64,000 nucleotides of DNA from Octopus sinensis (Eukaryota): NCBI RefSeq assembly GCF_006345805.1, contig NC_043008.1:73966001-74030000 (forward strand). Direction: 5' to 3'. Below the pieces are notes generated by a model, which saw only the letters and a program-made list of their open reading frames with translations, had not been told where the DNA came from and ran no database searches. Position numbers and translations under genes: made by a program. Positions 22,870 to 36,425 of this stretch are shown piece after piece; positions within the stretch are counted from its first letter, which is position 1, and each line of letters starts with the position of its first letter.

Positions 22870-24440
22870 GACGAGCAACGAAGCTACGGAGCCGGTTGAT
22901 GATTACAGCTAACAATCAACGGAGAAAACAACAACAACAACGACGACAAGAACAACAATTACGAAAACAATAACAATAACAAAATATGAATGAGAATAAA
23001 AATAAAAATTAAAATTGTTATATTTGCCACAAGTGCAAGAAAAGACAGACATTAAAGAGACAATTTATCTACACGAGCGGGCTTTACATAGACTTGGTTA
23101 CATTTAAAAAGCCATACCCGGTATGCAACATAATCAAAAAAAAAAACATGCATACATAGCAACAGTAAAAGAAAAGAGGGGGAAAGGATGGTAGTGATGT
23201 GGTCTTTCTGATATTGCAGGGATAATCGACGAACCCCACCGCCCACGATCTCCTCAAACACCTAGGGCAATGACCTGTGCAATTTGTTTTCTGACTCAAA
23301 GCCCTATACTTAGAGCAATATCATTCAATTGACTAGTTTCGGAACTTTCAATAAATTCACTCGAGGACAGCACCTCCCACTCCACCCTCACATTCCTTTC
23401 CAATTGAAACTTGATACATTCACTCACCTTTCAACAAACTTACTGTGTAAGAGTACCTCCCTCTTCAACCTCACTTTCCCTTTCATGAGGAACCTGAAAA
23501 AGTCAATGAGGTCTTGGTCAAAGAGGAAGGTAGCCGTCTTCAACTACCGGTAAAGCTGAATACTCCACCTGAGACAATCTAAGCTACGATACGTCGCACA
23601 GTGACGTACCGTACAATCGGGCTAAAGTCAAGGAGGTTGGAAAGAGCCATAGAGGCTCAAATACAAGCTTTAGATTTCGTCTGGAATCTAAAGGAATATA
23701 TACAGAGAGGAAAGGACTATGGAATGGTGGACATTCAATTCCACACCGAGGAAGAGGTCAAACATCACCCTCTGAATCCCCTTAAAAGCGAGGAGCCGTT
23801 ACTAGTTCCTTACTACTGCGGTCAGAGACTGACAAAAAGTATAATCCAGCAGCTGTCGCCAGGAATAGCCATTCCTTGGCTAATTGCAGCAGTGATGATA
23901 GACATTGAGGAAAACTCGAAAATCCTCAAAACCTATCAGATCAAAAAGGAAAACTGGTCTGGAATGACCGTAGAACCCCTCATTCAAGCAGCACAAAAGA
24001 ATGTGGATCTCGCCCCAGGTCAGATTCTTATTCCTAGAGGCACCATCATTCTCGTGAGTGTTGATGGAAGAAAAGCAAAGTGCTACCTTTGCTCTTCACC
24101 TAAGAATTTACAAGTCGACTCTCTAAACAAAACAGAAAACAGAGACGGGCACCTCTCCTCTCTACACCAACTACAGACATCAGAACTCCAGCGACAACAG
24201 CAGCAGCATCACCACCAGCAGATTCAGCCATAGCACCCCCAACACCAACACTAACATCCATACCGACACCGAGTTCACCCAAACACTTCTCAGCGCCCGA
24301 AGTTGTTCCACTTCCCAAGTGGGTTGACATCACAGCTGGAGAGACGGACCGCAATGAAGACTGGCAGTTAAAAACAAAACACACGAAAAAACGTAAAAGA
24401 GACAGAAGGGAAAATAAACATATGGAGAAACAACAACAAT
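22870..24440 (+). pseudogene. Tx1-like ORF1 (gag-like), disrupted
   Basis: ORFs 23329-23553 and 23601-24233 include a degenerate knuckle GRKAKCYLCSS. Position upstream of ORF2. Confidence 0.6.
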
Positions 24441-24974
24441 GACAATCCTCATCTACACAAGAAGTGGAAAGGGAAAAAATAAAAACAAGAAGAACAGACA
24501 CGCCCAAAACAAATACTGCATCGACACCACAACGTCTAACACCCTAAACACAAGCCATTCCACACACGCAACCACATCCACCACCACCACCACCACCACC
24601 ACCACAACAACAACAACAACAAACACAACTTAAAGACAGTAACATTACGAACTACATGGCAATAAACTGAAAAAACGTTGAATTAATTAAATATATAATA
24701 ACACGCCCAAATTTTACAACAAAAGATTTTTGCTCGCACCCACATTCTCCCTACTTGCACACATACATATCATTCAAACAACACAAAACTTACACACACA
24801 CATAAAAACCCATTTCCCACAGGGATTCGGAGATTTTCGATAGAATATCACCAAGAGAATTCTTGGTGATTTGCTGTTGGAAACACCCGAAGCCAACGGG
24901 AGGGACAGGCAATCCGCCCTTCCAAACAAGACTAAGTAAGTTTACTCTTTCTTTTCTTCTCTTTTTCCGACAAC

Positions 24975-27790
24975 ATGGTCGTGTACGAAATATGCAGCGT
25001 GAATTATGCGGCCCGAATTAAGCGCGATCACCTGATCAGCGACCTCAGGGAACTGAATGTCGACGTGGTGGCCATTAGCGAAACCAGAATTTCCGACTCA
25101 CGGGACGTCCGACCTATTTTCGGTGGTTATGAGGTGTACGCATCTCACAAGTCGTCCGTGAGCGGGAGGTAGAGACGCCGTGATGGTTCGGAAACATCTG
25201 AGTCTTGCATTACGGACGATCTTCCTGGATCTTAACGGTAAGTCGGCGGTCCTGGACGTGACAGACAGCGAAGAACATACTTTTAACCTAGATGCCGTCT
25301 ATGCCCTGACAGAAGCAAGACGATCAGATTTCTTAGACGCCAGCAAGCTTTCCAGCGAACGTCCTACTCTTTAGTTTTAGTGGCGGGGGGGGGGGATAGA
25401 GTTTTATATGTAAAGTGGGATTGTGTAGGCGTAGCGGATAGGAGAGGACGGGGCAAAAGCCTCTTAAACCTGCTCAGATGTTTCCAACTGTCTGACAGAT
25501 ATCAACTGTATTTCCCGGATGTTTCACTGAGGACATGGTCAAACTGCATCGACTCATCCAGATCATATCTAGACAGGGTATTTTGTAGACTACCAGATAA
25601 GGATAGCGTAGATTGTCCACAGTTTAAAGTAGCCGACTACACACACCACAAATCCGTGATCTGTACAGTCGACTTAGGCTTCATAGACAGGGACCCGGTT
25701 ATTGAAAACTGAACATGTCGTTGCCGGCGCGTAAAGATTTCAGAAATAGATTATTGAACTAATTAAGAGTGCGTTGACGGGGACAATAATCAACAGCAAA
25801 TGGTGGTTAGCCCTTAAAAGAGCAATTGGAATAGAATCGATAAGGTTTAGCAAAGGACTAGTTGTAGAACAAATCAGAGTAGAGAAAGAGCTAGTGAAGA
25901 AGTTAGACGAGACTTTTAGGAAAGGCTTCGCAGCGAGATTGTCACTCGACTAATTCTTCGACTCAAAACACGAAGGTTGTGTTGTCAGACCTAAGGCGCG
26001 AGCACTTAGATACGTAGTGCCGAATTCTGTTTAATAAGCCTGAGTGGCAGAGACACGGCGAGGCAATACATCTACGATCCGATTCTTGCTGAACCACGAA
26101 GAGCAAATGGTAACTGATCTGGAACAGATATGTGAGATCTTTCAGTGGCGCTTCGTTCAACTCTTCGGGAGCAGCGGTGATTCTGGTCGCAAGATGGATT
26201 TCATGTCCTACATGGATGGGTGGCCGCGGCTCTCGACGACGGAGGCGAAACACTGCGGGGTAAATCGCCTAGTTAGGATGCTCTGCTATACTAGCTTTAC
26301 GCTTACATGCCAGACATGCCCGGTGACCTCTTAGCAAACGTTTGCTAACAGAGTGGGAGAATTCCTAGTTTTGTGAGCCGGGGAGCTGTGAAGTTGCAGA
26401 GAAAAGACCCGAGCAAATGGGATTGTTTTGACAACTTTAGGTCTATAAATCTGCTGAATGCAAAGTTCAAAATTTGGTCCAAGTTATTAGCTACGAGGTT
26501 GGCGCTTCCCGTCGGGGATCTGGTAGGGGAGGTACAGACATGTGCCAACCGGAAAAGATCCATCCACGACAACCTCCACCTCATGCGATACATCATTGAA
26601 AATGTGGCTAAAGAACCTGGTACGGATGAGGCCATGATCAAATTAGATCAGTCTAAAGCTCTCGTTAGGGTCGACCATCTATACCCGGCGGTGGTCCCCA
26701 AGGCAGCTAGTTTCAGTACTGTATTCAGAGGCTGGATCACTGCAATGCACAGCAATATTTGTTCAGTGGTCAGAGTGAACGGTCACCTCTCAGAGCCGTC
26801 CAACATCATGCGCTCGGTCCGACAAGGCTGTCCCCTTCTACATGCCTCTTCTACGTTGAGAGACATCCCGTGTGGCCTATGACGTGGGAGATGCGTGTCG
26901 GCAGGTAAGGAGCAGGGTGACTTCTCTCACCAGGGAATGGGCCGAGAGAAATCTGTCCCAGAAAGGTAGGGCAGAAGTGGCTAACGCATATATCGCGTTC
27001 GTCATCTACTATCGTTTGACCGTCGTGATTTGTCAGACATGCGCTGAGGCTACGATATTTCCAGTCCTTCTTAGCGGTGAACAGCTGTGGTTGCCGTTCG
27101 TCAGACCCTATTTCCGCAGCTAGTTTCCTTAACGGACTGCCGTCCTGGGTAAAACAGTGATCGAGGGGGAGCGTTGGAGAGTGGTATGTCTTCAAGAGCT
27201 CACATCCCTCAGCCAATCGGATAGTGCGGTAGGTAGAACGCCCATCTTAGCCTTTTATAGAGGTTCCGTGGGGTAAAAGTGCGACGACGTTCTTGAGGAG
27301 ACCTTCGGCGTCGAAGATAAGCTAGTCATATTTTCCGGATAAATTTCAGGCCAGGACCAATGAATAATTTCCAAAAATCTCTAGCCTGGCAGTGCTACCG
27401 AAGAGCTTTGCCTGTTGAAGATAAACTTCACAAGCACAAAAGTGCCGTCAGCCGAGCACGTCCGAGATGCGCACAGGACAAGGAGACGGGCCTGCGTGCA
27501 CTTGTTCAGTGCCGAGCATTGCTGACCTGTGGATTTATGTCGAAACCCTGATGTCACGTGTGGAACATATCCGGCGATTATCAGGATCCCTCATGAAGAT
27601 CGCTCCGCCGCCTTCCTTTAATCGGGAAGAAAAAGTTGTTTTTATATGTCTGGTGGCCATGGCAGAAGAAGTGTGGTGGACGATATTAAAGGGTGAGAAA
27701 ACAAATACGTTTCTCTTCGGCCAATCCCTAAAGAACTACTTCAAGTTTCACTTGAAAAGGAAAATAACGGTAGAGAGGGAAGTCTTCTAG
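24975..27790 (+). pseudogene. Tx1-like ORF2 (APE endonuclease, reverse transcriptase, zf-RVT), multiple frameshifts and stops
   Basis: DVVAISETR (APE motif I); SYLDRVF; NFRSINLLNAKFKIWSKLLATRL; IKLDQSKALVRVDH; SVRQGCPL; damaged YADD box (VAYDV, ~26873-26887); KSLAWQCYRRALPV...PRC...ET. Confidence 0.9.
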
Positions 27791-27954
27791 TCAATGTGCC
27801 GAAGGGTGAATGAAATTGGCGAGAATGTTAAGAGTGAACGAGCCAGCGCTGAGAATACGCCTATAGCTGGAAAGAGTGTATGTAGGCCTCAACTCTGTCA
27901 AAACTAGCACCGTAATACAAATCCAGCGCTAGAAAATGTGCAAAGACAATAAAT

Positions 27955-27964
27955 AATGATGATG

Positions 27965-27997
<33 letters not shown>

Positions 27998-28037
27998 TAA
28001 TAATAATAATAATAATAATAACAACAACAACAACAAC

Positions 28038-28077
<40 letters not shown>

Positions 28078-28267
28078 ATGGTAGTAGTAGTAATAGTGGT
28101 AGCAGCAGCAGCAACCGTGAAACCAACAAAGAAAAGTCCAGGAAACATCATGGGGGTGGCCCATCAAGGTTGACCTAAAATGAATACTGAAAGCCTAATC
28201 ATCGCTTCTCAGGACCAGGCATTCAATACCAACTCAGTGAGAAAGAATACGCATATTAATAATAATG

Positions 28268-28343
<76 letters not shown>

Positions 28344-28354
28344 TAATAATAATA

Positions 28355-28398
<44 letters not shown>

Positions 28399-28400
28399 TC
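27955..28400. repeat. Compound (AAT)/(AAC)/(AGT)/(AGC) microsatellite block
   Basis: Directly visible; interrupted by the R4-like fragment at 28130-28255. Confidence 0.97.
28130..28255 (+). mobile_element. R4/Dong-clade (RLE-type) LINE short fragment
   Basis: W..VDLKMNTESLIIASQDQAFNTNSVRKN matches the LK.ETE..I.AAQDQ.L.T motif that precedes the zinc knuckle in R4/Dong ORFs. Confidence 0.6.
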
Positions 28401-28959
28401 GTTATATTTCGGAATGGTCATTTTGCCAGTTTACCCAATAAAAACACACGCACTATATATTTGGTGTTACTTTGCTTCAGTGTTATTCATTTTTTACATT
28501 AATCTTAATCTTATTTCGGCAGGGTTCTTTTTTCACACTCTTGTGACCGCATCAGTGGTCCTTTGTTTTCTTCTTATTCTTGTCTCTTCTTACTAACCGT
28601 CAGCCATTTTGTATTTCTATCGTATGTCTTCATTTGCGCATGCTTATATCTCTATGTACGTATATGTTTATTTAGTGTGTGTGTGTGGGGGGGTTCCTGT
28701 AATATTTGTATCTTCTGTTTATATACGTTCATGTAATTTGTTTTTGTTGTTGTTTTTGTTTATTCATATTTTGTTCATGTGTTTACATCCACTTATTATT
28801 ATCATTACATATGCCTGTATGTATGTATGTATAACAACAATACTAGTAATAATAATAATAAATCGGAAAAAAAATATATTAAAATAATATAAACATTTAA
28901 AAAAAAATTTTTTTTTAAATAAAAAAATTTTTATAGTTATTTATTTGTATTTGTTTAAT

Positions 28960-30295
28960 TTATCTGTGTATTTATTATGTTTTCGGGATCCTCTACCGTC
29001 ATATGTTGTGGTGTGTGCTAGTGTTCCATTCTAGTTTTCTAGTCAGGCTAGGTTTATTTTCTATTATGTGTGTAGCTTCTGTAATTTGTCCGATTGTTGC
29101 ATCTGTTCTATGTGTGGACAATATTTTAATTTCTATGTTGTTGATTGATCCCCCGTGTTCCTGTTCGGCGTGTTGGTACAGAATCGATGAGCTTTTACCT
29201 TCCTTGAGTTGTCTGTAATGTTCATTTACCCGATCTCCTATGCTTCTTGCCGTTTCCCCTATGTATGTCGTTGTCTTGTTACTGCATCGTCCCTCTATAC
29301 ATCTTATACTATAGTCTACATTTCTGGCTTTACAGTTTGTTTGTAGGCTAAATCTACATAAAGTACAGTACTTATCCGTACAGGGGGTTCTACTAAAAGG
29401 ATAGGTTCTACCAATTATAGATTTGATAGGGTTGCCTGGCTTTTCAACAACCTTAATCCTTAGCTTAAGTTTGTCTAGGGTCCTTCTAAAGCGGTACGCC
29501 AGTTCACCTCCATGGGTGGTGTCAACGAACATGACACTCTGGTATTTATGGCTATCATACCAAGAGTTGGCCTTCCCTATTTCTTTTTTGTCCTTTCTAT
29601 AGTGTTCCATGACTTGTTCCTATAGAGTGGGCAAATACCATTCCTATCATTACATAATATATTATCAAATTTTTTAATGGCTCCTTTGTATACTCGGATC
29701 CTTTCTTTATGGCTGTAACCTGAAAACTGCATGTGGTGAATGAAATATTGTATGTGTCTCTTTAACTCTGTGGGCTCGCACATGCATGACACATTTCTCA
29801 ATATTCTGACGAGGTCTGTCATCAAAATATTGATTCTGGCATTGTCCGCAATGGCTGAGTTCCGGTGGATCAAGTATTTTGAGGCCATAGGTTTGGCATA
29901 GTATGAATGAAGGATTTGGGTCTTATTATTCACAATTTCTAGCCAGAGGTCAGTGTCTAGTACTGGTAGTCTATGGTTGGGGTGTTTAGTGGGTTAGTCT
30001 ATTGTGACGTTAATACTCTGGTGGATGGAGTTAGCTATTTGCTGGATGCTCTCCATAGTATTAATTTCTATTACTATATCAACAGTACTCTCTTTACCAC
30101 TATGTTGATATCATCAACATAGCGAGAGTACATGTTTACGAGTATGGAGTTCTGTGTTAGGCGTTCTTTAAGCCTTCTGTCCCACCATACAATGAAAAGG
30201 TTGGCCACATCACCAGCGATACTAACGCCGATGGCTGCTCCCTCGTCCTGGGCATATATTTTATTGTTAAACTTAAACGTGTTGCCTAGGAGCTA
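28960..30295 (-). mobile_element. Penelope-like element, 5'-truncated (RT C-terminus, thumb, GIY-YIG)
   Basis: Minus strand: FKFNNK..AQDEGAAIGVSIAGDVANLF, YSRYVDDI (~30130-30105), YYAKPMASKYLIHRNSA, CKARNVDYSIRC...YIGETARSIGDRVNEH...ITEATHI. Confidence 0.9.
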
Positions 30296-30334
30296 TTATA
30301 AGAGTTACCCTAAAAGTTACTCGTGCATCGCAAG

Positions 30335-30850
30335 TGTATCTTTTTAGAACCAGACGAGTATACTCGGTCAAAATTAACTTTTAATTTTAGCACTCAAACG
30401 TGTTTATTTGTTTTGTGTCGTTTCATTTTTGAGCAATCACGAATTTACTCACGTTGTCGTACGCCTGGCAGCACATTCTGGCACCAATTCAAAGAATTTA
30501 TGCTTCTGGGCTTTGAACTTTTACTTCAGTGCATACTCAGATTCAGGAGGAGGTTGATGTCCTTTTAGAACTGTCTCGTTTTGATTCTCTATTATTTATA
30601 CAAATAAGAGAATGATTTACGCATTTTTTTTCAAAATTGATGAATATTTAAATATATTCAGCAATCACGGAAGTTATTTTCCTTCTACGATCTGGAAAGC
30701 TCTGGGAATGAATTAGACACGTATGCAAAATGTGCAGAAAAGAGAGACGCTAAAGGAAAGAAGATTCGAAGAGAAAACAGATACATGTGTGATGTCTGCA
30801 AGATAACTTTGTGTGTAAACTCCTTGTTTTAAAAATGTTCATCCTAAATA
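30335..30850 (+). mobile_element. piggyBac remnant (terminal sequence and C-terminal Cys-rich domain)
   Basis: 30715-30845 reads AKCAEKRDAKGKKIRRENRYMCDVCKITLCV..PCFKN.H, a PGBD4-type CRD. ACCAGACGAGTATACTCG at ~30348 resembles a piggyBac terminal motif. Confidence 0.65.
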
Positions 30851-30856
30851 AACTAT

Positions 30857-31268
30857 CGCAGGAGTGGTTGTGTGGTAAGTAGCTTGCTTACCAACCACAT
30901 GGTTCCGGGTTCAGTCCCACTGCATGGCATCTTAGGCAAATGCCTTCTGCTACAGCCTCGGGCCGACCAATGCCTTGTGAGTGGATTTGGTAGACGGAAA
31001 CTGAAAGAAGCCTGTCGTATATATGTATACATATATATATATATGTATGTGTGTATATATGTTTGTGTGTCTGTGTTTGTCCACCTAGCATTGCTTGACA
31101 AACGATGCTGGTGTGTTTACCTACCCGTCACTTAGCGGTTCGGCAAAAAGAGACCGATAGAATAAGTACTGGGCTTACAAAGAATTAGTGCCGGGGTCGA
31201 TTTGCTCGACTAAAGGCGGTGCTCCAGCATGGCCGCAGTCAAATGACTGAAACAAGTAAAAGAGTAAA
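30857..31268 (+). mobile_element. tRNA-derived SINE, family A (complete copy)
   Basis: Head GCAGGAGTGGTTGTGTGGTAAG...GGTTCAGTCCC, central microsatellite, tail ...CATGGCCGCAGTCAAATGACTGAAACAAGTAAAAGAG. At least 7 copies in the window. Confidence 0.92.
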
Positions 31269-31854
31269 GGTTAAAGAGAGAGTATCTCATATTTGTTTTT
31301 TATTTCCTATGATTTAAAAGCAATATATGTTATAAAAAAATCGACGATGGTTAAGTTATATGTATGTTTTCAATGTCCGAGCTAACTTGTTTAAATCCAA
31401 ATGAGTAAAAGTACATTTGAATTTTTATAACAAAAAATAAAGGAAATAAGATAAAAAAAAGCTGTTTTTGTAATTAACACAGTGTATATAATTTAAAAAG
31501 GAAATAAAAAATTATGTTCTGAAATGAAACGCCATGTCAAAATAATTGATCCATTAAGTGTTTAAGGAATGATTGTGATGGCTTTGGCTCATAATCTGTG
31601 TATGACTACTATGAACTTTGTCAATTGCGATTTATACATAAAATTGCTTTATCAAATTTTCCTTCGTTCCTGGCCGCTATGACCTGGAAACGGAAATCAG
31701 GATTTTGTAGGACTACTAGGAAGGCTGCCGCTCTAAATAAAGTTCGAGATTTCCAACTGCCTCAACCTGAATATAACGAAACCTGTCAACTAATGCCAAA
31801 GTTTATCGTAGAAGAATGTAACTATGACATTGAGTTCTTCGAATAGTGTCTACT

Positions 31855-33188
31855 GACGTCTACAATACTCTAAATACTGACCAAAAGCACGATTTGATAT
31901 GGTTTTAAACTCAGTTTTACAACAACAGACAATCAAGGTTTCACCTTGAGCATGATTGATGGAATTAGCAAAACATATCTTATCAATGCCATCATAGACT
32001 TTCTACGTTTGGAGAAAAATTGTACTCGCCACAGCTCTATCTGTGATTGCGGCAACATTGCTGCACAATGGCTAGATATTTCATTCTCATTTCAGAGTGC
32101 CCATAAACACAACAGCATTCGAGATATGAGAGCAAACGAATCCCTGTTTTGAGGAGTATGCCTTCTTTTTGTAGATGACTGGAAGCAGATTCTACTTGTT
32201 CTTAAATGTGGTAGTGGAGCCCAAATAGTGCACGTCACCTTGAAAACATTGTACATCTGGATGTCTGAGACGGAGTTGAGTCTAAAGAAAAACATGAGTG
32301 TACGAAATTCTTCAGACGCAACTTTCGTAAACTATATAAGCGACATCGGTTCCGGACAATGTTTGCTCTCTGATCCACTGAGAAATGTGATTCGAATTAG
32401 GCTAGATATTTTGCTCGAAACGTCATCTATTTCCGAAATATGCAAATTCGTATTTGATGATTTAAGTGAAAACTACAAAATTGCATCACGGCTGTGTTCC
32501 CGAGCTCTCATCGCCTCAACCAATGAAGTGGTAAACAGTGTGAATGAGCACATGATTAGCAACTTCCCTAGGAAAAGTCGAGAGGACTGTAATTCGGATA
32601 TAACACATGATGAAAACTACCACCAGTACACACAGGCTTTCTTGAACAACTTAAATCCATTGGAATTGCCACCCCATATAATCAAATTGAAAATGAACTA
32701 TCCGATAGTGCTCCATAAGAATTCTGGTCCATCCAATGGAACAACATACACTTAGCAGAACTAAATTCCAATGTTATCGAAGCAGTGATTGCAACTGGCC
32801 CCCAACAATTGTAAACACTTGTTCATTCCGTAGATACCCCTTATACCAACCAATAACCAGCTTCCGTTCCAATTAAGATGCTAGCAATTTCCTAGAAAAT
32901 TGGCATTCTCATTCACATCAAAAAAGGCACAGGACCAGATATTAGATCGTGTAGGTGTATTTTTACCACACTAATGTTTACACACGGTCAGTCATACGTC
33001 GTTATGTGTAGAGCAACGGACTTCAGTAATTTGAAAATTAGTGTCGCCCACACACAAAATATCATCTACAAAGAAGTTTTGTAATCATATTGATATTGAA
33101 ATCCATTTGCACATTTTCCAATACACACTGTTGCTATGATTTCCCTCCGTCATTTTATGCCTTCATCATAGATGGGTAATTTTGCTAG
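31855..33188 (+). mobile_element. Old Helitron 3' remnant (PIF1 helicase), decayed
   Basis: YNTLNTDQK, degenerate Walker A (GISKTYLINAI), .VLATALSVIAATLL, LCSRALIASTNEVV..VN, FLNNLNPLELPPHIIKLKMNYPIV. Ends ...GATGGGTAATTTTG-CTAG|T at 33185-33189. Confidence 0.8.
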
Positions 33189-33204
33189 TAATAATAGTAA
33201 TAAT

Positions 33205-33950
33205 GAAAGCTTGTTCACAAAAACTACCAGGCTAACTTTCGTGAAATTGGTTCTGCCTCTAAAAGCAGATTCTGCGGCATATATGACGAGATAATAGACC
33301 ATCTCGTCTCGGGATGTCGTGTGCTGACAACAAACGAATACAAAAATGCAAAAATCGCCACGGTAGGGGAGGACAGCATTTACATTGGAAAATAGGTAAA
33401 CACTAGAAACTTAGCACTCCATCTTACTAGTATGAACATCATCCTGAGCCAGTCGCTGAAGGTAAAAATGTCACTATCCTATGGGATTTTCCAGTCAACA
33501 CTGACAGAACAATCCAGGCTAATCGACCAGACACAATTTTTAAAGACAAGGAAGAAAATACTTGTATACTAATAGATGTAAGTGTTCCCACTGATAAAAA
33601 TATATCTGTCAAAGAATTTGACAAATTAAATAAATATAAGGACCTGGAAACTGAAATACAGAAGATGTGGCATCTTAAAACGAGAACTGTTCGTTATTGG
33701 GGGTACCCTATTTATGATAAAAAATAGATCTCATAAACATCTAGATAAGATCCCAGGTGAACGATGTCTCAGAGAAATCCGAAAGGTTGTACTGAGAAGT
33801 ACTAACCACAGCCATAGAAAAACCCTATCCATTTAAATGCATGTTCTATTACATGATGATATCTCGCTACTTCCCCTCTCCAAGATTTCAGTCATATTGT
33901 AAAATCTCTTATCTTTCACTCGCACCAGGATACTGGTTGTGTCTCGGCAA
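33205..33950 (+). mobile_element. R4/Dong-clade LINE 3' fragment (zinc knuckle and restriction-like endonuclease)
   Basis: SLFT.NYQAN...RFCGIYDEIIDHLVSGC...HLHWKI...YEHHPEPVAEGKNVTILWDFPVNTDRTIQANRPD.IFKDKEENTCILIDVSVPTDKNISVKEFDKLNKYKDL, a PD..D-type RLE. AAT repeats on both sides. Confidence 0.85.
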
Positions 33951-33989
33951 GTGACTGTAACAAACATGCGGACTAAAAGAAAAAAAAAT

Positions 33990-34115
33990 TATAGTAATAA
34001 TAATAACAACAACATTATCAACAACAACAACAACAACAACACCACCACCAACAACACCACCACCAACAACACCACCACCAACAACACCAACAAAAACAAC
34101 AACAACACCAATAAC

Positions 34116-34180
<65 letters not shown>

Positions 34181-34220
34181 CAGCAACAACAACAACAAAA
34201 GCAACAACAACAACAACAAC

Positions 34221-34271
<51 letters not shown>

Positions 34272-34272
34272 T
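33990..34272. repeat. Compound (AAT)/(AAC) microsatellite
   Basis: Directly visible. Confidence 0.97.
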
Positions 34273-35715
34273 TCGGTATTAAAATGTAATACTATGGTGA
34301 AATATTCAGTATTTCGCAAGGAAGCTGTTATAGCTATATAAGAAAATACTTCTCTTACATATGAAAATGAACGTCTAAATAAATAAATAATTTTTAAGAA
34401 TTATCGTCATGGCTGTACACAATACAGTTGATTTAACAACAGCAACAATCACAACAACAACAACAACTAGAACATGATACAATGACAGTTTTCGGGAAAC
34501 ATTGTTTAAATACAAGCATATTGATTGGTTGGTAAGTAAAATCCTTTCCAAATCTATTGATTGGCTGTCAGTGACAAGAAGGATTTTCATTCAGATCTAC
34601 GGACTTATGTTCGATTTCTTTATATTTTTAATTTTGTATCTGTGTTTGGACGCTGTGTATGTACTGACAATATGTAAATGTATGTGCGAACGTATGTGTG
34701 CATCTGTGAAAAGTTGTGATAGGGAGATATGATGTTTACTTGTGTTTCTGTAATATATATATGTATGCCTGTGTGTGTATGCAAGTGTATGTTTCTGTGT
34801 ATGTTTCCGAGTGTGGGACTTCATGTGTGACTTAATCTGTGAATGTGACGTCTGTGCTTGTGTTTGCGTGTTAATCTGTGGTGGCGATTTATTATGCAGT
34901 TATACGTGTTTATAGTGCATATATAATATCTATATACATCTATATTTGAGCGTGTGCATGTGTATGTATCTGCGAGTAAATGCGTGTGTTTATATATCTG
35001 TATAAACACATGTATATATATACACTTACATAGTCACACACGCTCATATATCCATGGTTTGTGGTGTATTAATTATACGTATTTGTGTATGTGTGCATGT
35101 TTCTGACGGACGTTATATGAGTGTGTTTTCAGTAACTGTTTTGTGTTTGTCGGGAGGGTCAAGGTGTAGAAAGAACTGCTGCCAATCAAAGTCAGGTGTA
35201 GGTCAGTGAGAGCAAGATTGTTGTGTAAAAAGAGTCATTATTATTCAGAATTGCACTAGGGTGAGAGGAAAAAGAGGGAAAATACGGTGAGCAATTCTCA
35301 AGAGACTTTCGCTGAAATAATCTCCAGGGAAGTCAAGATTACCGTTTTCCAAATGGCAATTAAAGACGGGAAACATGACCGCAGGCATTAATACTATAAT
35401 TGTTCTTCACAGATGCTATCTAAATTAATGTATATATGTGCACATATATATACTCAGTATGAGTTCATATATATACATATACATACATATATATAGATAT
35501 ATATATACATACATACATATATATACATATAGATAAATGTATATGTATATATTTGTTGATATATATATGTATGTATATATTTGTTGATATATATATGTGT
35601 ATATATATATATTTCTACATATTTATATGTCTATATATATACATATACATACATATGTATACACACATATATATATATGCATATACTTATGCATTAACAT
35701 GTATATATATATATA

Positions 35716-35756
<41 letters not shown>

Positions 35757-35761
<5 letters not shown>

Positions 35762-35770
35762 TAGATAGAT

Positions 35771-35816
<46 letters not shown>

Positions 35817-35820
35817 TGAC

Positions 35821-35892
<72 letters not shown>
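35757..35892. repeat. (GATA)n microsatellite
   Basis: Directly visible. Confidence 0.97.
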
Positions 35893-36425
35893 CTGTGTTT
35901 ATATTTGTGTAGAGACACAGGGAAATTTAGAAAGATAGAAAGAGCGAAAGAGAAAGTCAAAGCAATATGAGTTGTATGTGCATAGAGGTGTTCGAAAACG
36001 AGAAAAAGACGGAGAAAATTGAAACAAATAGTGAGTAATTAATTAAACAGTAACTCTAAGTGCAGAAAAGAAGAAACGAAGTAATAAAGTAGTATGAGTA
36101 ATAAAAAGAGAATTATAACAAAAATATTCCCAATCGAGCAAAGATGAACGACAGATAAAAAAAAATATTCAAGGAGCAACCAAGAAACAATTGCCGAAGA
36201 ACGAGAGAGTGAGACAAGTAAAAGAAAAACTTCATACCTGGGCTTTTTCATTACTCAAAATACATGACTTAGTTATACCAGGTATATTTCGGGAAAATCT
36301 ATTCTACCTGGAATACACACATACACTGGCGCTCAAATACGCACGCACGCACACACAGACACACACACACACACACAAACATACATATTTATATATATAT
36401 ACATACATATATATGCATATATATA

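Larger units (their letters stand above)
22810..27950 (+). mobile_element. Near full-length decayed L1/Tx1-clade non-LTR retrotransposon
   Basis: Two-ORF layout: ORF1 remnants ~22870-24440; ORF2 24975-27790 with APE, RT and C-terminal Zn-binding region. The 3' end runs into (AAT)n. Confidence 0.85.

Noticed and set aside
28130-33950. The two R4/Dong fragments as one element split by nested insertions
   Set aside because: They overlap in homologous position with different sequence (QDQAFNTNSVRKN vs SLFT.NYQAN), so they are separate copies or subfamilies.
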